From: Betaproteobacteria bacterium
GTDB lineage: Bacteria; Pseudomonadota; Gammaproteobacteria; Burkholderiales; Methylophilaceae
Assembly (NCBI GenBank): GCA_016868195.1
Contig: VGHQ01000004.1
Coordinates: forward strand, 17,273-81,272
Length of the DNA stretch: 64,000 nucleotides
Direction of reading: 5' to 3'
Positions within the stretch are counted from its first letter, which is position 1. Each line of letters starts with the position of its first letter. Positions 9,037 through 19,010 of this stretch are shown piece after piece. Made by a program: the position numbers and the translations under genes. The notes beneath the pieces are model-generated. The model saw nothing but the letters and a program-made list of their open reading frames with translations. It ran no database searches and was not told the DNA's origin.

Positions 9037-10146
9037 ATGAATTACTACACAAAAGAACCTCAATATCGACATGGTGATGTGCCAAAAATTGGCATCATAC
9101 TTACAAACCTTGGCACTCCAGATTCTCTCAGCACTCATGCCGTAAGAAAATACTTACAGCAATTTCTGATGGACCGAAGAGTTGTCGAAGTACCTCGATT
9201 TATTTGGTGCTGGATACTTCATTTTATTATCTTGGTCTTTAGGCCAGGAAGTTCAGCTAAAAAATATGCGAAAGTCTGGACAAAAAAAGGCTCTCCACTT
9301 TTAGTTAATGCTACAAATCAAACAAAAGCATTAAGCGCAAAAATTAAAAAAGCAGTTTCTCAGCCAATTGAAGTGGAATTAGGGATGTCTTATGGCAATC
9401 CTTCAATGAAAAATGCTGTACTCAAATTAAAAGAAAAAAATTGTACTAAAATTCTTTTACTTCCTCTTTATCCTCAATATGCAGCTTCATCAAGCGCATC
9501 AGCAATGGACGCCTTATGGCGCGTGCTTCTTAAAACAAGAAATGTTCCTGCAGTGAGAACGGTGAGAAATTATCATGACCACCCTCTTTACATTAATGCG
9601 CTTAAATCATCTGTTTTGCAGTTCTGGAAGAGAAATGGAAAACCATCAAAATTAGTTATGAGCTTTCATGGCATACCAAAAAAATCACTAATGCAAGGTG
9701 ATCCTTATCATTGTGAATGCTATAAAACTGCACGCTTACTTGCTGAGGCTTTGAAATTAAAAGAAAGTGAATATATGGTGTCATTCCAATCGCGGTTTGG
9801 CAGAGCTGAATGGCTAAAACCTTATTACGCTGAAGTGATGGCTGATTTGGGCAAAAAGAAAGAAAAAAATGTACATGTCATTTGTCCTGGATTCTCAAGT
9901 GACTGTCTAGAGACTTTAGAAGAAATTAATATTGAAGGTAGGCATATTTTCTTAAGCCATGGTGGCAAAAGTTTTAGCTATATTCCAGCCCTCAATGACG
10001 ATACAGAATGGATTACTGCAATGCAAGGTATAATTCTAGAAAATTTACAAGGCTGGATTGATAAGGGCTGGACGGTAAAAAAAGAGGCTCAAAATTCAGC
10101 GATCACTAAAAAAAGAGCGCTACTCGTAGAAAAGAAGCAGTCTTAA
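9037..10146 (+). CDS. hemH: ferrochelatase
   Basis: 369 aa with ferrochelatase motifs IGIILTNLGTP, LLPLYPQYAASS and FSSDCLETLEEI. The start codon directly abuts the hrcA stop (TAAATG). Confidence 0.92.
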   Translation: MNYYTKEPQYRHGDVPKIGIILTNLGTPDSLSTHAVRKYLQQFLMDRRVVEVPRFIWCWILHFIILVFRPGSSAKKYAKVWTKKGSPLLVNATNQTKALSAKIKKAVSQPIEVELGMSYGNPSMKNAVLKLKEKNCTKILLLPLYPQYAASSSASAMDALWRVLLKTRNVPAVRTVRNYHDHPLYINALKSSVLQFWKRNGKPSKLVMSFHGIPKKSLMQGDPYHCECYKTARLLAEALKLKESEYMVSFQSRFGRAEWLKPYYAEVMADLGKKKEKNVHVICPGFSSDCLETLEEINIEGRHIFLSHGGKSFSYIPALNDDTEWITAMQGIILENLQGWIDKGWTVKKEAQNSAITKKRALLVEKKQS

Positions 10147-10169
10147 TTATTTAAAGATAACATCCCATT

Positions 10170-11153
10170 ATGATAATACTGACTGGTGGTGCTGGCATGA
10201 TCGGAAGCGTCATTGCTTGGCATCTTAATACCATCCTTGACCGAAAAGACATCATCATCGTGGATGATATCCAACACCCGGATCAATCGAATAATTTAAG
10301 CAAAAGAACATATATCGATTATCTTGCAAAAGATGATCTTTTTCCTTGGCTTGAAAAAAAACAAGATATTGAAGCTATTATTCATATGGGCGCAATCAGC
10401 GCTACAACTGAAACTGATTTCAACAAACTCTTAAATCATAATATTCGTTACAGCCAAAATTTATGGCGCTATGCAAGCGAGCATAAAATTCCTTTTCTTT
10501 ATGCAAGCTCTGCAGCTACTTATGGTGGAGGTGAGTTTGGTTATGATGATCAAGAATCTGAGCTAAGCAAACTAAGGCCACTTAACGCTTACGGTTATTC
10601 AAAGCAATTTTTTGATCAATGGGTTGTTCAACAAGTGCTAGCGAAAGAAAAAATACCGCCACATTGGTGTGGTTTCAAATTCTTTAATGTTTATGGCCCA
10701 AACGAATATCATAAAAACAGAATGGCAAGTGTTGTATTTCATTCATTTAACCAACTTAAAAAAGACGGCGAAATAAGACTCTTTAAAAGTGATCGTCCAG
10801 ATTATCAAGATGGTATGCAATTACGAGATTTTGTTTATGTCAAAGATGCAGCCGCAGCTGTCTTACATTTTTTAAGCCACAAAGACCATTCAGGTATTTA
10901 TAATATAGGCACAGGAAAAGCATCAAGCTTTAAAGCGTTAGCTGAGTCACTCGTTAAAAGTCTAGAGGGCGATCTTGATGTAATTAAATATATTGATATG
11001 CCAAATGATCTTAAGGGAAAATATCAATATTTTACTGAAGCTAACATTAAGAAACTAAAAGATGCGGGATATACAAAACCCTTCTTAACGATTGAAGAAG
11101 GCGTTAAAGATTACGCAACGAATTACTTAACAAAAAGTGATACATACGCATGA
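10170..11153 (+). CDS. hldD: ADP-L-glycero-D-manno-heptose 6-epimerase
   Basis: 327 aa with Rossmann GGAGMIGS, SDR catalytic YGYSK, and heptose-pathway neighbours. Confidence 0.9.
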   Translation: MIILTGGAGMIGSVIAWHLNTILDRKDIIIVDDIQHPDQSNNLSKRTYIDYLAKDDLFPWLEKKQDIEAIIHMGAISATTETDFNKLLNHNIRYSQNLWRYASEHKIPFLYASSAATYGGGEFGYDDQESELSKLRPLNAYGYSKQFFDQWVVQQVLAKEKIPPHWCGFKFFNVYGPNEYHKNRMASVVFHSFNQLKKDGEIRLFKSDRPDYQDGMQLRDFVYVKDAAAAVLHFLSHKDHSGIYNIGTGKASSFKALAESLVKSLEGDLDVIKYIDMPNDLKGKYQYFTEANIKKLKDAGYTKPFLTIEEGVKDYATNYLTKSDTYA

Positions 11154-11719
11154 GTGAAAATATTAAAAAAATAGAATCCATCTTTAAAAGTCATCTTGAT
11201 ACGATTCATAAACTATCCTCAGTAATTAATCGTGTGAATGAAGTTGCAGATATTATTAAAAAGACACTTCACGCTGGTGGCAAAGTATTAATTTTTGGCA
11301 ATGGCGGAAGTGCCTCTGATAGTCAACATATAGCAGCTGAAATTGTTGGTCGCTTTGTTAAAGAAAGAAAAGGTTTGCCCGCAATTGCACTAACTACAGA
11401 TACATCAATTCTCACAGCAGTTGGAAATGATTATGGCTTTGAGCATATTTTTTCAAGACAAGTTGAAGCATTGTGCTTAAAAAATGATGTGGTGATTGGT
11501 ATCTCTACATCAGGTAATAGTAAAAATGTAGTGAAAGGTTTAGAAAAAGCAAACGCATTAGGCGCCATTACCATTGGATTAACAGGTGGTGATGGTGGTC
11601 TTATTAAAAAAATATCAAATCATAGTATCGTCGTAGATTCCAATGAAACAGCAAGAATTCAAGAGGCGCACATCCTAATCGGACATACGCTTTGTGAACT
11701 TATTGATGAAAATAACTAA
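11150..11719 (+). CDS. gmhA: phosphoheptose isomerase (SIS domain)
   Basis: 189 aa with SIS motifs FGNGGSASDSQH and ISTSGNS. ATGA overlap with hldD. Confidence 0.85.
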   Translation: MSENIKKIESIFKSHLDTIHKLSSVINRVNEVADIIKKTLHAGGKVLIFGNGGSASDSQHIAAEIVGRFVKERKGLPAIALTTDTSILTAVGNDYGFEHIFSRQVEALCLKNDVVIGISTSGNSKNVVKGLEKANALGAITIGLTGGDGGLIKKISNHSIVVDSNETARIQEAHILIGHTLCELIDENN

Positions 11720-11722
11720 CAT

Positions 11723-13171
11723 ATGAATGATATCGACATTATCAAAAATAAATTCAATGCTCGCAATAAATGGGCATTAGTTATTGGCGACTTAATGCTA
11801 GATCGTTATTTAATTGGTAACGTATCAAGAATTTCTCCTGAAGCACCTGTTCCCGTCGTTCGACTTAAAGAGTCTTTTGATCGTATTGGGGGATCTGGAA
11901 ATGTTGCTGCAAATTTATCGCTCTTGGGAATTAAAACGGTACTAGCTGGACAGATTGGTGATGATATAGACGGAAAAAAATTACTCGAGATTCTTAAAAA
12001 AAATCATATTGGTGTAGATGGCATCATTAAAGACAAAAACCCGACTACAACAAAAACACGGATTATTGGTGAACATCAACAAATGATGAGAATCGACCAA
12101 GAAGCAACCTCTGATCTTATCGACTCTAATGCACTTATTAAAAAAATTACAACGCTTCTTAATAAAAAACCAGCCATAGTGATACTTTCGGATTATGCAA
12201 AAGGTGTTTTAAGTGAACGTTTATGTCAGCATGTCATCAAAATTGCTCGATCAAAAAAAATACCTGTACTAGTCGACCCCAAGGGAATTCATTATGAAAA
12301 ATATAAAAATGCAACGGCTATTACACCCAATAAAAAAGAAGCAATTGAAGCTTGCCATATTCATGTCACCAAAAATACTAATTTTTTAATGCCACTTTTA
12401 AAATTAAAGAAATCTCTCAATTTACAATTTATAGCAATGACAAAAGGTGAGGATGGCATTGATTTAATACAAGGTAATACGATTAAGAATCTACCCGCTA
12501 TCAATCAACAACAAGTATTTGATGTTTCAGGGGCTGGCGATACAGTAATCGCCATTCTTGCGGCATGTATGATCGCAAAAATGCCTATCGAAACCTCACT
12601 GAACATTGCTAATATTGCTGCAGGTATAGTGATTGGCAAATTAGGTACGATTCCGATTACACTTGCAGACTTAATTAAAACCTTAAGCTCGCAACACTCA
12701 GATCAAGAGAAAAAAATTCACTCGCTTGAAAGCCTGATGGAGCAAGTAGCCATCTGGAAAAGAGAGAAAAAGAAAATTGTATTTACAAATGGTTGTTTCG
12801 ATATTCTTCACGCTGGTCATGTGACTTACCTTGAAAAAGCAAAAAAATTAGGTGATGTCTTAATTCTCGCTCTTAATAGCGATTCATCCGTAACGAAACT
12901 TAAGGGCAAATTGAGACCTGTAATACATCAACAAGATCGAGCAAGAGTTTTAGCGGCACTTTCTTCTGTAGATGGTATTGTGATTTTTAGTGAGGCAACA
13001 CCACTGCATTTAATAAAAAAAATTCAACCTGATGTTTTAGTCAAGGGCAGTGATTATAAAATGAATCAAGTCGTAGGACATCAAGAATTAAAAAAATGGA
13101 ATGGTAAAGTAGAGTTAGTTTCAATTGTTCCAGGAAGAAGTACTAGCGCTATTATCAAAAAAATATCTTAA
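11723..13171 (+). CDS. hldE: bifunctional D-beta-D-heptose 7-phosphate kinase / D-beta-D-heptose 1-phosphate adenylyltransferase
   Basis: 482 aa. The N-terminal half is a ribokinase-like domain (DVSGAGDT). The C-terminal half is a cytidylyltransferase domain (FTNGCFDILHAGH). Confidence 0.93.
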   Translation: MNDIDIIKNKFNARNKWALVIGDLMLDRYLIGNVSRISPEAPVPVVRLKESFDRIGGSGNVAANLSLLGIKTVLAGQIGDDIDGKKLLEILKKNHIGVDGIIKDKNPTTTKTRIIGEHQQMMRIDQEATSDLIDSNALIKKITTLLNKKPAIVILSDYAKGVLSERLCQHVIKIARSKKIPVLVDPKGIHYEKYKNATAITPNKKEAIEACHIHVTKNTNFLMPLLKLKKSLNLQFIAMTKGEDGIDLIQGNTIKNLPAINQQQVFDVSGAGDTVIAILAACMIAKMPIETSLNIANIAAGIVIGKLGTIPITLADLIKTLSSQHSDQEKKIHSLESLMEQVAIWKREKKKIVFTNGCFDILHAGHVTYLEKAKKLGDVLILALNSDSSVTKLKGKLRPVIHQQDRARVLAALSSVDGIVIFSEATPLHLIKKIQPDVLVKGSDYKMNQVVGHQELKKWNGKVELVSIVPGRSTSAIIKKIS

Positions 13172-14168
13172 GATTTTGAGCCCTCAAAAAATTCTGGTTT
13201 TAGGTCCATCATGGTTAGGCGACATGGTCATAGCACAAAAACTTTTTAAAGCCATTAAAAATCATTACCCTAAAAGTGAGCTTCATGTAGCTTCGCCCAT
13301 ATGGACTATCCCCTTAGTCTCTCGAATGCCTGAAGTTGACAAATTCATACCTTTGCCATTTTCTCATGGTGAACTAAATTTAGTTAAGCGCTACAAATTA
13401 GGTAAAAGTCTAAGAATCGAGGGCTATACACAAGCCATTACATTAACTAACTCATTTAAATCTGCACTCATTCCACTTTTCGCCAATATTCCCAAGCGCA
13501 CTGGATTTTTGGGAGAAATGCGCTTTGGACTCATTAATGATCGTATTAAAAAAGATAAAAGCCTTTATCGAACTGTTGATCAATTTTTAGCACTCGCGCC
13601 AAAGAATAAAAATGTTAAAACGAGCTTATTAACCTGCCTCATTTCAAAACCTCATGAAGCAAGGAAATTTTTAAAAGGTAAATTAAAAATATCAGATAAA
13701 ATTTTAGGGATTGCTCCAGGTGCTGAATATGGGGAAGCTAAAAGATGGCCTGTTGAGCATTTTGCAAAAGTCGCAATAAAAGCGATAGATAAAGGCTGGA
13801 AAGTTATTTTGCTAGGATCTGCTAATGATCATGATCTTGGTAGATCGCTAGACCAACTTACAAAAAATAAAGTAATTAATCTCATTGGTAAAACAAAACT
13901 TGAAGAAGTTATTGATGTTATGAGTATATGCAACTCATTTTTAAGTAATGACTCTGGTTTAATGCATGTAGCTGCGAGCATGGGGATTAAACAAGTCGCT
14001 ATTTTCGGTTCCTCTGACCCAAAAAAAACACCGCCCTTGAGTCGTCATGCTGAAATAATGTATTTAAGTCTTTCATGCAGCCCATGCTTTGAAAGATCTT
14101 GCCCGCTTCAACATACGAACTGTCTTAAAAATATTAAACCTGAACAGGTTATCAGAAAAGTAATTTAA
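13125..14168 (+). CDS. waaF: ADP-heptose:LPS heptosyltransferase II
   Basis: GT9 family with KILVLGPSWLGDMV near the N-terminus. The ATG at 13125 would overlap hldE by 47 nt. A TTG at 13176, just after the hldE stop, gives a more typical N-terminus, so the start is uncertain. Confidence 0.85.
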   Translation: MFQEEVLALLSKKYLKILSPQKILVLGPSWLGDMVIAQKLFKAIKNHYPKSELHVASPIWTIPLVSRMPEVDKFIPLPFSHGELNLVKRYKLGKSLRIEGYTQAITLTNSFKSALIPLFANIPKRTGFLGEMRFGLINDRIKKDKSLYRTVDQFLALAPKNKNVKTSLLTCLISKPHEARKFLKGKLKISDKILGIAPGAEYGEAKRWPVEHFAKVAIKAIDKGWKVILLGSANDHDLGRSLDQLTKNKVINLIGKTKLEEVIDVMSICNSFLSNDSGLMHVAASMGIKQVAIFGSSDPKKTPPLSRHAEIMYLSLSCSPCFERSCPLQHTNCLKNIKPEQVIRKVI

Positions 14169-14824
14169 TGATTGAGATCATCTAACTTCTGATAGATCTC
14201 GATCATATTTTCCGCACAAAAACTTTTCCATTCAAAAAAATTAGTCCAATCACTTAAGAAAATAAAATCCAAATTATTTTTTTTAGCGACTTGATAGTCA
14301 TATTTAGAATCCCCAATAAATAATGCAGGTTTTTGTCCAGTAGATTTTTTCAATTCTCGGGTCACAATATCTTCTTTTGAATCAGGACTTCCGAAAATGC
14401 CTACATCAAAATATTTTAATAAATTTTTTCTGGTAAATAATCGGATAATCTCTTCTTGATCTCCGCCAGAGACAATCATCCAATTGGAATCTTTAGTTTT
14501 TTCTCTTAAGGCTTCAAGGCCTTCAGCGATCTCACAATTTTCTAAAAGCCTTTCAACCTCGTAATTAAGTTGATTTAAAAGATGATTCATCGAAATATCG
14601 TCTACTGTCTTATTAAGGATTTTTTCTAAAAAATAACTGAATTTAATATTTCGAGATATGCCGGTATATTCGATATGGTGATTCACTAACTTCATTGCAT
14701 CTTCCTCGGATGCGCCGAATTCAAGAGCCGTTAAGCGGTAGGCTTCTATCTTAAGAAGATTTGAATTAAGTACGACGCCATCACAATCAAATAAGATTGT
14801 CTTGTATTGAGAAATGGGAAGCAT
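14165..14824 (-). CDS. HAD-superfamily (subfamily IA-like) phosphatase, substrate unknown
   Basis: 219 aa with HAD motif I FDCDGVV, motif II IVSGG and motif IV GDSKYD. It is the last gene of the edd-eda-HAD minus-strand unit. Confidence 0.75.
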   Translation of the reverse strand: MLPISQYKTILFDCDGVVLNSNLLKIEAYRLTALEFGASEEDAMKLVNHHIEYTGISRNIKFSYFLEKILNKTVDDISMNHLLNQLNYEVERLLENCEIAEGLEALREKTKDSNWMIVSGGDQEEIIRLFTRKNLLKYFDVGIFGSPDSKEDIVTRELKKSTGQKPALFIGDSKYDYQVAKKNNLDFIFLSDWTNFFEWKSFCAENMIEIYQKLDDLNH

Positions 14825-14833
14825 GAAATTGAA

Positions 14834-15475
14834 TTAAGGGCGTTTAATCGCGCTTGCTTCTTTTGCTAATTTTGTAATTTCAATCCAGTTTTTGTTTCCA
14901 ACGAGATCTTTTGGCGTAAGCCAAGTACCCCCACAAACTGGCACATTGGGTAAACTTAAAAAATCAGGTGCTGATTGAACAGTCACCCCACCTGTTGGAC
15001 AGAATTTGACATCTGAAAAAGGACCTGCAAACCCTTTGAGAAGATTAATGCCACCTACTGCAACTGCAGGAAAGAGTTTCAGGAAATAATATCCATCATT
15101 ATTCGCCATCATCACTTCACTTCCAGTTGATACACCTGGCAATAAAGATAATCCAATATCCAAACAATGTTTACCAATTTCTGATGTATATCCTGGACTC
15201 ACTGCGAATTGACATCCAATTGATTTTGCAGCCGAAGCATCTGCTTTGGTTCTTACAGTGCCTGCACCTACAATTGCTTCAGGTAAATGCTTAATAATAC
15301 GATCCATAGCATCAAGAGCACATGAAGTTCTTAATGTGACTTCTAAAACTTTAATACCGCCTTCAAGCAAAGCTTCTGCCATAGGCACAGCATCTTCAAC
15401 TTTATCAATCACAATGACTGGAATTACTGGACCGTAATTTGCTAAATCTAATGTCTTCATATTGTCCTTATACAA
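14834..15475 (-). CDS. eda: 2-keto-3-deoxy-6-phosphogluconate (KDPG) aldolase
   Basis: 213 aa of the KDPG/KHG aldolase family with VIPVIVID, GAGTV, the Schiff-base Lys region FLKLFPA and CPTGGV. It lies 1 nt after edd. Confidence 0.9.
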   Translation of the reverse strand: MYKDNMKTLDLANYGPVIPVIVIDKVEDAVPMAEALLEGGIKVLEVTLRTSCALDAMDRIIKHLPEAIVGAGTVRTKADASAAKSIGCQFAVSPGYTSEIGKHCLDIGLSLLPGVSTGSEVMMANNDGYYFLKLFPAVAVGGINLLKGFAGPFSDVKFCPTGGVTVQSAPDFLSLPNVPVCGGTWLTPKDLVGNKNWIEITKLAKEASAIKRP

Positions 15476-15476
15476 T

Positions 15477-17291
15477 TTATAGCCAGGTGATTGCGCCTTC
15501 TTCGGCAGAAATCACATTTTTTCTCATACCAGCAAATAATTCACGTCCGATATCATGCGCATTATTATTTCTATGCTGGTCAGAAAGATTTTCATTCTCT
15601 CTCTCATACCAAGTATCTTCATCAACTAGTGCATTTAAAGTCCCAACCATCGCGTTTAATCGAATCATATCGCCGTTACGAATTTTACTAATAGGTCCGT
15701 TAGCTGAAGCTTCCGGGCTTAGGTGAATTGCAGCTGGAATTTTTCCGGAAGCGCCACTCATTCTTCCATCAGTGACCAAAGCTACTTTAAACCCTTTGTT
15801 TTGAAGTACCGCTAAAGGAGGCGTGAGCTTATGAAGCTCAGGCATGCCATTAGCTTTAGGTCCTTGGAATCTTACAACCGCAACGAAATCTTTTTCAAGC
15901 TCGCCTCGTTCAAAAGCACTAAGCAGCTCTTCTTGTGTGTCAAAAATAATTGCGGGTGCCTCAATAATATATCGATCTTGAGGTACTGCAGAAATCTTAA
16001 TCACTGAGCGACCAAGATTGCCTTTTAAAAGTTTTAAGCCACCGGACTGATTAAAAGGATTGTCTGCTGTTCTCAAAATTGTTTCATCGCCACTCTCTTT
16101 AGGTAAATCTTTCCAAGTAAGTTTGCCGTCTTCTTTCATAGGTTTTTTTGTATATTGATTTAAGCCGCCTTCACTTACAGTCATCACTTCCGGATACATG
16201 CATCCAGTTTCAATTAATTCTCGAATCACATACGCAGGACCGCCTGCGGATTGAAATTCATTCACATCTGCTTTGCCATTTGGATAAATACTTGCTAAAA
16301 GAGGTGTTGAACTAGCAAGATCGTGGAAGTCAGTCCAGTCAATAATAATACCAGCGGCTCTCGCAACTGCCACCCAATGAATAAGATGATTAGTAGATCC
16401 GCCTGTGGCTAATAACGCCGCCATTGCATTTATTATGACTCGCTCATCTACTAATTTACCAATGGATTTATTTTGTTTGTTTTTGATAATGCTTAAAAGA
16501 GATCGAACTGACTCACGCGTGATTTCTTCTCTAATATCTTGGCGAGGATGAATAAATGCCGCGCCTGGAACATGAAGTCCCATTGCTTCCATTAACATCT
16601 GATTACTATTAGCTGTGCCATAAAATGTGCAAGTGCCCTCTCCATGGTATGCAGCAGATTCAGATGCTAATAACTCATCACGACCTACAAGGCCTTGCGC
16701 ATATTTCTCACGCACTTTAGATTTGGAAGTATTGTCGATACCAGTAGACATAGGACCGGCCGGAACAAAAATTGTAGGTAAGTGCCCAAAATGAAGAGCG
16801 CCAATTAACAAGCCAGGCACAATTTTGTCACAAATACCTAGCATTAATACGCCATCAAACATGTCATGCGATAACGCAACTGCTGCAGACATCGCGATGG
16901 TATCTCGAGAAAATAAACTTAACTCCATGCCTGGCTCGCCTTGCGTAATTCCATCACACATGGCTGGCACACCGCCAGCTACTTGGGCAGTAGCATCAAG
17001 CTTATTAGCTTCATCACGAATAAGTGAAGGGTAATTTTCGTAAGGCTTATGTGCTGACAGCATATCGTTGTAAGCCGTCACAATCGCAATATTAGGTTTC
17101 TTCTCACTAATAATTCTTAATTTATCATTTTTAGGAAGAGCGGCAATCGCATGAGCAACGTTAGCACAGCCTAGGCGATCTGCTCCTCGCTGCCTTTGAA
17201 GCATTGCATCAATACGCGATAAATAAGCAACACGTGTTGGTCTACTTTTTTCTTTGATTCTTTCAGTGATTTCTATGATGGACTGTTTCAT
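15477..17291 (-). CDS. edd: phosphogluconate dehydratase
   Basis: 604 aa of the IlvD/Edd family. The Edd-type N-terminus is ITERIKEKSRPTRVAYLSRI...IAIVTAYNDMLSAHKPY, and it is paired with eda. Confidence 0.92.
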   Translation of the reverse strand: MKQSIIEITERIKEKSRPTRVAYLSRIDAMLQRQRGADRLGCANVAHAIAALPKNDKLRIISEKKPNIAIVTAYNDMLSAHKPYENYPSLIRDEANKLDATAQVAGGVPAMCDGITQGEPGMELSLFSRDTIAMSAAVALSHDMFDGVLMLGICDKIVPGLLIGALHFGHLPTIFVPAGPMSTGIDNTSKSKVREKYAQGLVGRDELLASESAAYHGEGTCTFYGTANSNQMLMEAMGLHVPGAAFIHPRQDIREEITRESVRSLLSIIKNKQNKSIGKLVDERVIINAMAALLATGGSTNHLIHWVAVARAAGIIIDWTDFHDLASSTPLLASIYPNGKADVNEFQSAGGPAYVIRELIETGCMYPEVMTVSEGGLNQYTKKPMKEDGKLTWKDLPKESGDETILRTADNPFNQSGGLKLLKGNLGRSVIKISAVPQDRYIIEAPAIIFDTQEELLSAFERGELEKDFVAVVRFQGPKANGMPELHKLTPPLAVLQNKGFKVALVTDGRMSGASGKIPAAIHLSPEASANGPISKIRNGDMIRLNAMVGTLNALVDEDTWYERENENLSDQHRNNNAHDIGRELFAGMRKNVISAEEGAITWL

Positions 17292-17435
17292 TTAATATAT
17301 TCATTATGTTGAAGAAATAAAAATTTGTATCTAATTCCATTATCCTAGAAACACTTAAGAAGCGTCAAATAATTAAATATTGATTTATGTTTTAAGTTAT
17401 TTATAGGTATTGATTTATATGCGAAAATTCACTAC

Positions 17436-18395
17436 ATGGTTCGCATACTCATCATTAAAACATCCTCGCTCGGGGATATTATTCACTGTTTGCCCGTTGT
17501 TAATGATATTAAATATTTTGTCCCTGAAAGCTCAATTGATTGGCTAGTTGAAGAGTCTTTTGCTGACATCCCAAGGCTCCACCCTGAAATTCATTCAGTT
17601 ATCACTATATCTCTTAGGACTTGGAAAAAAAACCTTAGAAAAAAAACGACATGGACAGGCCTTTATAAGGCAATTAAATCAATTCGCCAGGAACACTATG
17701 ACATAGTGATTGATTTCCAGGGGTTACTTAAAAGTGCGTTTTTTACTTTATTTACCCATGGAGATACTCATGGCTTTGATAAAGCCTCTATTCGAGAGGC
17801 AGCTTCTTCTTATTTCTACAAACATACACATACTGTATCAAAACAAATTCATGCTGTAGTTCGCAATCGAGAATTAGCAGCCAAATGTTTTCAATACGAT
17901 CTAATGGATCATCCTGCTCATTTTGGATTAGAAATTCACAATATCACCAACTTTAATCTATCGGAGCGCTATGTCGTTCTCATTCATGGATCGAGCAAAA
18001 AAACTAAACAGTGGCCTATAGGTCATTGGCAAAAAATTGTTCAATTTTTTAATGTTTTAGGTCTTAGAGTTTTATTGCCATGGGGTAACCTTGAAGAATA
18101 CGAGGTCTCCAAAATACTTCGAAAAACTTCTACCAATTGCCTAGTACTTCCTAAAATGAAGATTAGCGATCTTGCTAATATTATTTCGAGCTCAAAATGT
18201 GTTGTGGGTGTTGATTCGGGGCTGACTCATCTTGCAAATGCTCTTGGAATTCCAACTATAGGTCTATATATGGACAGCAACCCATACCTTACTGGCGTTT
18301 ATCCTAATATCAAAGTACCCTCTGTTAATTTAGGCGAAATTGGTGTCATTCCTAGTGTCGAATCAACGATTCCCCAAATCGAAGCAATTATTTAA
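17436..18395 (+). CDS. waaC: ADP-heptose:LPS heptosyltransferase I
   Basis: 319 aa of the GT9 family with MVRILIIKTSSLGDIIH N-terminus and C-terminal GVDSGLTHLANALGIP. Confidence 0.88.
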   Translation: MVRILIIKTSSLGDIIHCLPVVNDIKYFVPESSIDWLVEESFADIPRLHPEIHSVITISLRTWKKNLRKKTTWTGLYKAIKSIRQEHYDIVIDFQGLLKSAFFTLFTHGDTHGFDKASIREAASSYFYKHTHTVSKQIHAVVRNRELAAKCFQYDLMDHPAHFGLEIHNITNFNLSERYVVLIHGSSKKTKQWPIGHWQKIVQFFNVLGLRVLLPWGNLEEYEVSKILRKTSTNCLVLPKMKISDLANIISSSKCVVGVDSGLTHLANALGIPTIGLYMDSNPYLTGVYPNIKVPSVNLGEIGVIPSVESTIPQIEAII

Positions 18396-18404
18396 TTTTA
18401 ATAC

Positions 18405-18432
18405 CTTGAAATTTAAAGTTTCACCCCCAAGT
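18405..18432 (+). promoter_or_regulatory. sigma32-type heat-shock promoter upstream of grpE
   Basis: CTTGAAA (18405-18411), a 13-nt spacer, then CCCCAAGT (18425-18432). The consensus is CTTGAA-N13-17-CCCCATNT. Confidence 0.6.
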
Positions 18433-18476
18433 TTGCTCTAAGTTGTAATTTTTCAAAAGTTTTAAAAGGTAAAATT

Positions 18477-19007
18477 ATGAATGCAGAAGATAAAGAAAAT
18501 TCATCTATTGATGATGCAAACAATAATCCAGATCAGTCCATTTCAAGCACCTCGGAAAATCAAATAAAACTTCTCGAAGAGAAATTAGCTGAAGCTCAAG
18601 CTCAAGTACTTTATGTTAAAGCTGAAGGGGAAAATATAAGAAAACGTTCTTTCGAAGATATCGATAAAGCTAGAAAATTTGCACTAGAAAAATTTAGCGG
18701 TGAATTACTTTCTGTAAAAGACAGTCTCGACGCAGCTTTAATAGTTGAAAATGCAAACGTGGATAGTTATAAAAATGGCGTGGAGCTCACACAAAAACAA
18801 CTTATTAATGTATTTGAGAAGTTCGGTATACATGAAATTAAAGCATTAGGTGAAAAATTCGACCCTAATCAACACCAAGCAATCAGTATGGTTGAATCAG
18901 AAGAAGAGCCAAATAAAATTTTAACTGTTCTTCAAAAAGGTTATCTATTAAATGAAAGAGTTATAAGACCAGCTCTTGTAACCGTATCAAAAAGTAAAAA
19001 TATATAA
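18477..19007 (+). CDS. grpE: nucleotide exchange factor GrpE
   Basis: 176 aa with a GrpE coiled-coil and the C-terminal beta domain (FDPNQHQAISMVES...GYLLNERVIRPALVTV). Confidence 0.95.
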   Translation: MNAEDKENSSIDDANNNPDQSISSTSENQIKLLEEKLAEAQAQVLYVKAEGENIRKRSFEDIDKARKFALEKFSGELLSVKDSLDAALIVENANVDSYKNGVELTQKQLINVFEKFGIHEIKALGEKFDPNQHQAISMVESEEEPNKILTVLQKGYLLNERVIRPALVTVSKSKNI

Positions 19008-19010
19008 GCT

